Assembly (NCBI RefSeq): GCF_009914755.1
Contig: NC_060930.1
Reading direction: 5' to 3' (one strand)
Source of the DNA: the human T2T-CHM13v2.0 reference genome, Homo sapiens
Length of the DNA: 64,000 nt
Part shown: positions 54,300 through 64,000 of the stretch, piece after piece
How positions within the stretch are numbered: position 1 is the first letter of the stretch
How the letters are laid out: each line of letters begins with the position of its first letter
Position numbers and translations under genes: made by a program
Notes under the pieces: generated by a model
Database searches by the model: none
Told to the model about the DNA's origin: nothing
What the model saw: only the letters and a program-made list of their open reading frames with translations

Positions 54300-55990
54300 A
54301 CTGTTATTCATTCAACTAACATTTAGTGAGTACCTCTGTGTTCCAAGTACTGGGGGGTAGCATTAAAGACGGACAGAAGCTCCTGCTTCCTGAAACCTAA
54401 CTTTTTTGTGTGGAAACGCAGCCATTAAACACTTTAAAAAAAAAAAAAAGTAAATGATATAATTTCAGGTAGTATGAGTACTATGGAGAAAAATTAAGTA
54501 GATCATAGTATGAGAACTAGTTGGGGGAGCTGGACATTTTAGCTAGAGTGGTCAGGGAAGATTTCTCTGATTGAGTGAATAATACTTAATAGAGACCAGA
54601 AGGGCATGAAGGGGGAACACTGGGCAGATCTGAGAGAATAGTGTTCCAGGCAGATGGAACAGTAAGTACAAAGACCCTAAAACAAGAGCAAGCTTAACAT
54701 GTTCAAGGAATAGCAAAAGGGCCAATATGCCTGGAGAGAAGTGAATGAGGAGAGCAATGAGAGAAGAGGTTAGGGAGACAGGTAGGAGCCAAATTGTGGA
54801 GAACCTTTGAGGCCACAGTAGGGAGTATGGATTTTATTCCAAGTGTAATGGGAATCTTCTGGAAAGTTTTGAATCTGTGGACATGATCTGAGTTAAAATT
54901 TTAAAAGCTCCTTCAGATGACTCTTAAGGGACCATGATCTTTAGAAAAGCAAGTAATAAAGCACAAAGACTGACCGGGTGCAATGGCTCACGCCTTTAAA
55001 CCCAACACTTTCGGAAGCTGAGGCAGGCTGATTGTCTGAGCTCAGGAGTTCAAGACCAGCCTAGGCAATGTGGCGAACCCTGTCTTTACAAAAAATACAA
55101 AAATTAGCTGGGCATGGTGGTGCATGCCTTTAGTCCCAGCTGCTCAGGAGGCTGAGGTGGGAGGATCACTTGAGCCTCGGAGGTTGAGGCTGCAGTGAGG
55201 CGAGATCACATCCGTGCACTCCAGGTTTGGCAACAGAGCAAGGCCCTGTCTCAAAAAAAAAAAGCAAGAAAGCATGAAGACCAATTAGAAGCCTGTTGCA
55301 TTGGCGAGATAATGGGAGTGGATATTGTTTTTTAAGTCAGGGTTTGCAGATGTTTTGGATATGGGGTTTGAGGAAAAGAGAAGAATCAAGGAGGATACTT
55401 AGGTTTTGGGCTAGGGCAGTTGGGGAAATGTGACATCAAGATGGGAAAACCTTAAAGGGAACATGTTTGGAAGGGGAAGGTTATCAAGAGTTTTGTTCTG
55501 GATGTGTTAATTTTTAGATGCCTCCTAGATATCCAAGTGAAGATATCAGTTAAGCAACTAGATACAAGAGTTCAGAGCTCAGAAAAGAGGCTAGGTAAGA
55601 GGATATACATTGGCCAGAGTGTAGAAGATAATTAAAGCTATAGGGCCAGATGAGATTACCTGGGAAGTTGAGTGTAAAAATAGAAGAAGACCTAAAATTC
55701 CAACATTTTGGAGGTCAACAATAGGAAGTAAAGCCAGCAAAAGAGACTTGAAAGAATGCCCAGTGAGACAGGAGGAAAACCAGGATGGCATGGTGTCCTG
55801 AACACAGAGAAGAAGTGTTTCAAGGAGGGAGTGGTCACTTGTGTTGAATGCTACTAAGGAGTACTATAAAATGAGGGCTGGTGCTGACCAGTGGGTTTAG
55901 CTATGTGGAGCTTGCTGGTGATCTTGATACGCAGTTTCAAGAAGCAAGAAGGCAAAAGCATGAATGGACTGTGTTAAAGAGAGGATGAGT
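54300..55990 (+). mobile_element. L2-like ancient LINE remnants interrupted by an Alu
   Basis: Purine-rich degenerate L2 motifs (ttcattcaactaacatttagtgagtacct; gagtggtcagggaagatttctctga). Strand uncertain. Confidence 0.6.
54972..55263 (+). mobile_element. AluJ-like
   Basis: Diverged dimer. Confidence 0.85.
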
Positions 55991-56079
55991 ACCCATCACT
56001 GGAACACTCAGCCCTCAAGAGCTCTCCTGTACCTTCAGCACTTACCAAGGCAAACTTTTTTTAAAGACCATTCTTTTCT

Positions 56080-56434
<355 letters not shown>

Positions 56435-56484
56435 TCATTACAGAGAAATAAATGCCAAAATGTCTTGCATAGAGAATAATTATA

Positions 56485-57104
<620 letters not shown>

Positions 57105-57377
57105 CAGCTCTACTGCTTTTTAGCTATGTGACCTCAGGTAGGAACTTCAGTTTTTTTATCTGTAAATGGAGATAATAATAGCTTCTCAGTGTGGATGTAA
57201 AGATTAAATGATATATTAAGCACTGAGGACAATGTCTAGAACTAAGTACTAGCTATTATTAACATTAATTTTGTTACAGGGACAAAATTACTAAATTATA
57301 TGTATTTGCATTTTTCCCTTCCCTTACTTTCTAAGAAGAGTGGTTCCTGAGCAAGATTTTAAAATTTTTCTAAGGAG

Positions 57378-57665
57378 GTATATTAGTTGTCTATGGCTGC
57401 ATAAAAAATTACTATAAACTTTGTGGCTTAAAATAACATAATCTCAGGATCTCACAGTTTTCTGGGTCAGAAGTCAGGGCATGGAGTAGCTGGGTCCTCT
57501 ACTCAGGGTCTCACAAGGCTGAAATCCATGTGCTGCAGTTGCACTGCAAGGTGTTGCTAGGGCTAGAGTTCCATCTGGAGCTCCAGCCCTCTCGACCTCG
57601 TTGGTTTCTGGCAGAATTCATTTCCTGTGGTTGTGGAACTAAGGTCCGATTTTCTGCTGGCTGTG
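57378..57665 (-). mobile_element. MLT1-type MaLR LTR fragment
   Basis: TATTAGTTGTCTATGGCTGCATAA…CTCACAGTTTTCTGGGTCAGAAGTC…CTCAGGGTCTCACAAGGCTG motifs. Confidence 0.6.
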
Positions 57666-58735
57666 TGGATAGTAAAGTAAGTGAGCTGAAGGGCTGGAGA
57701 CATGGGATGGCTGGAGTTGACATTTTGGAGATCAAACGGATGTTAGTAATGATGTATATAGTCTAGACAGTGACCAGGAGAGTTGGCAACTGGGGTGAGG
57801 TGAAGGAAAAGCTTGTGCAAAGTGAGATCAAAGAACTGAAAAATCAGATGTTGGTGTACATGGACTTGAAATATGATGTGAACAAGGGAGAGGATAGGAG
57901 CAATAGTAACAAAGATGACAGTGTGCTAGCCAGCAAAATTGTCAATGAATGAAAAGTAGTACCAGGAAGGCTATAGGTCAGCATACTGGGGAGCGTGGTG
58001 TCATCTCCCAAGGCATGTGCTTTGGGTGAGCGGAATGTTTGAGAGAAGAGGGAAGAGAAGCATTGAGGAACAAGGAGATCATCTTTCCCCTCTCCCACTC
58101 TGGACTCTGTGGTATGTGGTAGGTAGGCACTAAACAGGAGAAGCAGCGGCTGCCAGGGAAGACCTAGTTTCCATTAGAGAAAAGATGTGCCAGAGAGAGA
58201 ATTTTTTTTCTTTTAACAAAAACTTAAAAGTTAACTTCGTTTTATATTCAGATTTGACACCTGCAGTTTTGTCCTGGGGAACTGTATATGTGATTTATGT
58301 TTCCTGCTTCTTATGCTCAGTCCATTTAGCTGATTAGCATCTTTGTTTTCACTTCTCTTCTCCACTTCCCTTATTGATTTTTTTTCTCAAATCTAGAGTT
58401 CCTAAAAATGGTCTTAATGCAAATCGGCACCATTTAAAGTGAATATCCTAGACAATCTTATTTCTTGCTGTTCAACCACAATTGTAACACCTTAGCTTTT
58501 ATCCTTATACCAGTCTGGAAGCAGCTTGAGGATTGTAGGCATTAGGGGACTTGAGAGGAGTCAAGGAAGGAGAGAAAGTGGCAAATGCAATTTTCCTCAT
58601 TGTTACAACTTAGCCATGGGATGGGCCTGCCTACGTATATTTGTCTCTCTAGCTCTGGGTTTTTGTTAGTTCTAACTCTCTTCCACCCAGCCTACTACCA
58701 TCTTTGTTCTTCCCATTCCATATACATGATGTTAA

Positions 58736-59440
<705 letters not shown>

Positions 59441-59568
59441 TAGAGTAGAGATAGAAATGGTGAAGACTGTATATTATGAGGTCACCTTGTCCTTTACTAT
59501 TTGTGTGACTTTGGGCAAATCACTCAAGGTTTCTGAGCTTCAGTTTCTTTATCTGTCAAATGAGATAA

Positions 59569-59913
<345 letters not shown>

Positions 59914-60838
59914 AGTGTGGTTGTTTTAAGGGTTAAATGAAGTAATAATGCATGTAAAGCAACAGTGCCTGGCTCTTGGAAAATACTCGGTAAATACTAT
60001 TCCTTCCCCTATTCTCCTTTTCTCTCAGCTCCCATCTAATTCAATTATCTTTTCATAAAATCTCCAAAGTTTTGGTGTCATCTTTTACTTATTGTTATTC
60101 ATCCCTTTTATCTGATTAGTAAGTACATGTTATTATTACTTCCTACAGGAAATATTAGACACTCATCACTCCATCTTAGGCCCTACTTCCTGTCAATATA
60201 CACTGGTATTCACTACTTCCCAGTCACTTTCGGTGCGGTTTTTTTTTAACTCCTTCTTTACCAGCCTTCCCAATGTCTTCCCTAAAGACAGAATTTCAGA
60301 AAAGTTTGTTTTTACTTTGCCTTTGAACCCGTATTTTATAAGCATTTCTCTTAATTCATAGTGTCTCTTACTCGAACTCCACAATAGGTATAAAGATCTT
60401 ATTTAGAGAGCCATAAAAATCCTGCAATGCCTCGTCCAGTTCACTTCTCTTTTTTTCTCTCTGGACTGCCTGTGTTGCAGCTAAGCTACCCTCTGTACAG
60501 AATCTGCCCTCAGCCATCCTTCACCCATGCTGGGCCTCAACTCCCCCTGGACAGGATGGTTTACCTAACTTACTGCCGTTGTTTGTACAGCCTGACTTTG
60601 AAACCAAAAGTTGGCTAAGGAGAAGAATGTCATGTCCTCCACCTGTCCTCAAGCTGATCAGTGCATCACCCTTCATCCACTACACTAAGTGTAGAGGTAA
60701 TAGGTTCTCTTGATTTTGAACCCAAGCCTCACTTTAAAATGTTATACTTAGCCACTCCATCTCCCCCCACCCCCACCAATATAACAATTGAAACTTCTGC
60801 AGACTCAGTAAAAGGTTTTTGAATTGTATACACTATAG

Positions 60839-61045
<207 letters not shown>

Positions 61046-61312
61046 TAATTGTTTGTAGCAGTCTCCATTTGGCAAGTGAAGCTTTAAACATAAACCATAG
61101 CCTTATTTAAAGAACTTGCCATGAGGATAATAAAAATGAGGGTAATGGCTATGTGATGCTTCATAATGTCCAACTGTATTAATTTCTGCCATAAATTTGA
61201 TTTCTGAAGAAGTATCTTTGCCAAAAACTAGTAGTTACTGTAATAACATGTATTCATGTATCTTTATATTTTAAACTATCTCCTTTATCACTCTTTTGGC
61301 TTTTTAATGCAG

Positions 61313-61411
61313 GACAGTCACTTGGGGATTTAGATGGAATTCCTATTGCAGTAAAAGACAATTTCAGCACTTCTGGCATTGAGACAACATGTGCATCAAA
61401 TATGCTGAAAG
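61313..61411 (+). CDS. QRSL1: QRSL1 coding exon 3 (contains the amidase catalytic Lys)
   Basis: gcAG|GACAG ... AAAG|GTAAAG; 99 nt; [40 protein letters not shown] is the amidase-signature Lys motif (K76 by my count). Confidence 0.97.
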
Positions 61412-61675
61412 GTAAAGTTTAACTGATCAGAGCATTGATAATTTTATAAAAATAGGTATTTTTCGCTTTAAGGATAATAAAGTACCAAGATAATCTCAGA
61501 CTAATTATATCTTTGAAGGAAATATTTAGAATATAATATCATGTTTTTTTACTATTTGCTCTTTTAGAATGCAGAATTTTTCTTTAGAGGTCAGCCAGCT
61601 TAATGAATGCTATCTCAGAAGTTTTCAAAAATTCTATTAATATTTAGGAAGACTCAGTTCAATAACTAATTACCA

Positions 61676-61802
61676 ACTGGGTGCATACCTGTAGTCCCAG
61701 CTACTTGGGAGGCTGAGGTGGGAGAATCACTTGAGCTCAGGAGTTTGAGTCCAGCCTGGGCAACATAGTGAGACCTCATCTCTAAAAAACGAAATAAAAA
61801 AA
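61676..61802 (+). mobile_element. Alu monomer (FAM/FRAM-like)
   Basis: Single monomer with A-tail. Confidence 0.75.
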
Positions 61803-62523
61803 CTGATTACCATAAACGTACTGTATAACCTCTACCTTCAGCTCATTGATAACATGGGAATAAGTATGAACTGGCTATCATCAATACCCTTCTGTGGATG
61901 ACGGGAGGATTCATTAACATCTACTGACCAGTTATTTTTTATTTCCTGATTCCTCTATCTCTTGTAGCACAGTATGGCAATGCTTAGATTTATTCTTTAG
62001 AGTTTGGTCAAAAGAAAGCAGGTTTATCAAGATATTTGGATCCTAGGAAGAAACAGAAATAGAAAAAAGGTTATTCAGAGTACTAGACGCTAAAAATAAT
62101 ATTCTATGAGGAATATGCCCCACCTTCCTCTAATATGCAGACTGTTGTTAATTATTTTGGAATATACGCTAGAGCTTTTCAATAGCTAGAGAAAATTTCA
62201 GTTGAAAATAAAGATCTATTTCTACTGGAAATACATAAAAATTACTGTGTGGTATAACATGAGAAGAAAAAATCAAGTACAATGAGCAAAATAGAGATTT
62301 ACTATTTCAAAAATACTGGGTACATCTCTGACTATCATGCAATATTTTGTAGAACTAACTGGTAAAGTCAGTGTTTTTAGATTATAAAAATAGTGAAGGC
62401 ACAGACTATCTTTGGAAAACATACATTAGCAGTAGAAAAAAATTACTGGAAGGAGGTACAACTGATTATTTAAATTAGGAATAATTAATACATATCACTA
62501 TGAATTGCTTAATTGCAGTTTAG

Positions 62524-62845
<322 letters not shown>

Positions 62846-62907
62846 GACTCTTGTTTCTTACATATGATTTACATGTTCGCTGTTTTGTTTCCTATAAAAA
62901 GGTAACT

Positions 62908-63460
<553 letters not shown>

Positions 63461-63483
63461 AATAGTAACTAAATTTTTTTCAG

Positions 63484-63580
63484 GTTATATACCACCTTAT
63501 AATGCTACAGTAGTTCAGAAGTTGTTGGATCAGGGAGCTCTACTAATGGGAAAAACAAATTTAGATGAGTTTGCTATGGG
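63484..63580 (+). CDS. QRSL1: QRSL1 coding exon 4
   Basis: tttcAG|GTTATA ... ATGGG|GTAAGT; 97 nt; [32 protein letters not shown], with the [11 protein letters not shown] GatA motif. Confidence 0.97.
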
Positions 63581-63899
63581 GTAAGTAAAATTGAAATCTT
63601 CTCTTGAGTTTCTTCTGTCTGTGCCTTTATTTTCACTAAATGTAGTTACCTAAAAGGATTGAGGATCTAATGCCAGTTTCTTAGTCCCTCTGTGAGATTA
63701 TGTTATGTTGTTTAATAGATATATAGTCATCTCTAATTTTGCTTTTGGCTTGTATTTCCCTGATGACTAATAATGTTAAACATCTTTTCATGTGTTTATT
63801 TTGCCATCCCTATATCTTCATCAGTGAAGTAGCTGTTCAAATTCTGTGCCCATTTTTTGAAATTGGGTCATCTTATTATTGAGTTGTAAGAATCCTTTC

Positions 63900-64000
63900 T
63901 GGCTCATGACTGTAATCGCAGCACTTTGGGAGTCCGAGGCAGGTGGATCAACTGAGGTAGGGAGTTCGAGGCCAACCTGACCAACATGGAGAAACCCCGT
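63900..64000 (+). mobile_element. Alu left arm (runs off the window)
   Basis: GGCTCATGACTGTAATCGCAGCACTTTGGG…CATGGAGAAACCCCGT. Confidence 0.8.

Overview
Human-type (primate) genomic DNA, recognisable as the 6q21 RTN4IP1/QRSL1 head-to-head locus. The minus strand carries coding exons 1-8 of RTN4IP1 (1083 nt spliced, 361 codons; the last exon lies left of the window), a mitochondrial NADPH oxidoreductase of the MDR/quinone-oxidoreductase family. The plus strand carries coding exons 1-4 of QRSL1 (380 nt; GatA subunit of the mitochondrial GatCAB amidotransferase). The two ATGs (49508 and 50169) face away from each other across a CpG-island bidirectional promoter. All exons were placed by reading GT/AG sites and checking frame continuity. 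The introns hold about 45 Alu copies or fragments, several L1s (one young L1PA2-type with TSD), solo LTRs (LTR10, MER4-group, LTR22, MER31-like, LTR37-like, MaLR), Tigger DNA transposons, a U6 retrocopy and an RPL21 processed pseudogene. Nearly all other ORFs in the supplied track are Alu, L1 or low-complexity artefacts. I found no new gene system. The most unusual structures are: a self-templated fold-back (palindromic) Alu, a 575-bp almost pure purine tract grown from an Alu tail, an RPL21 retrocopy inserted about 13 nt from a QRSL1 splice acceptor, a reconstituted 5' splice site at the start of RTN4IP1 exon 6, uORFs in both probable 5' leaders, and a template-switch-like micro-rearrangement. 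Repeat subfamily names come from recalled consensus sequences, not from a database search.
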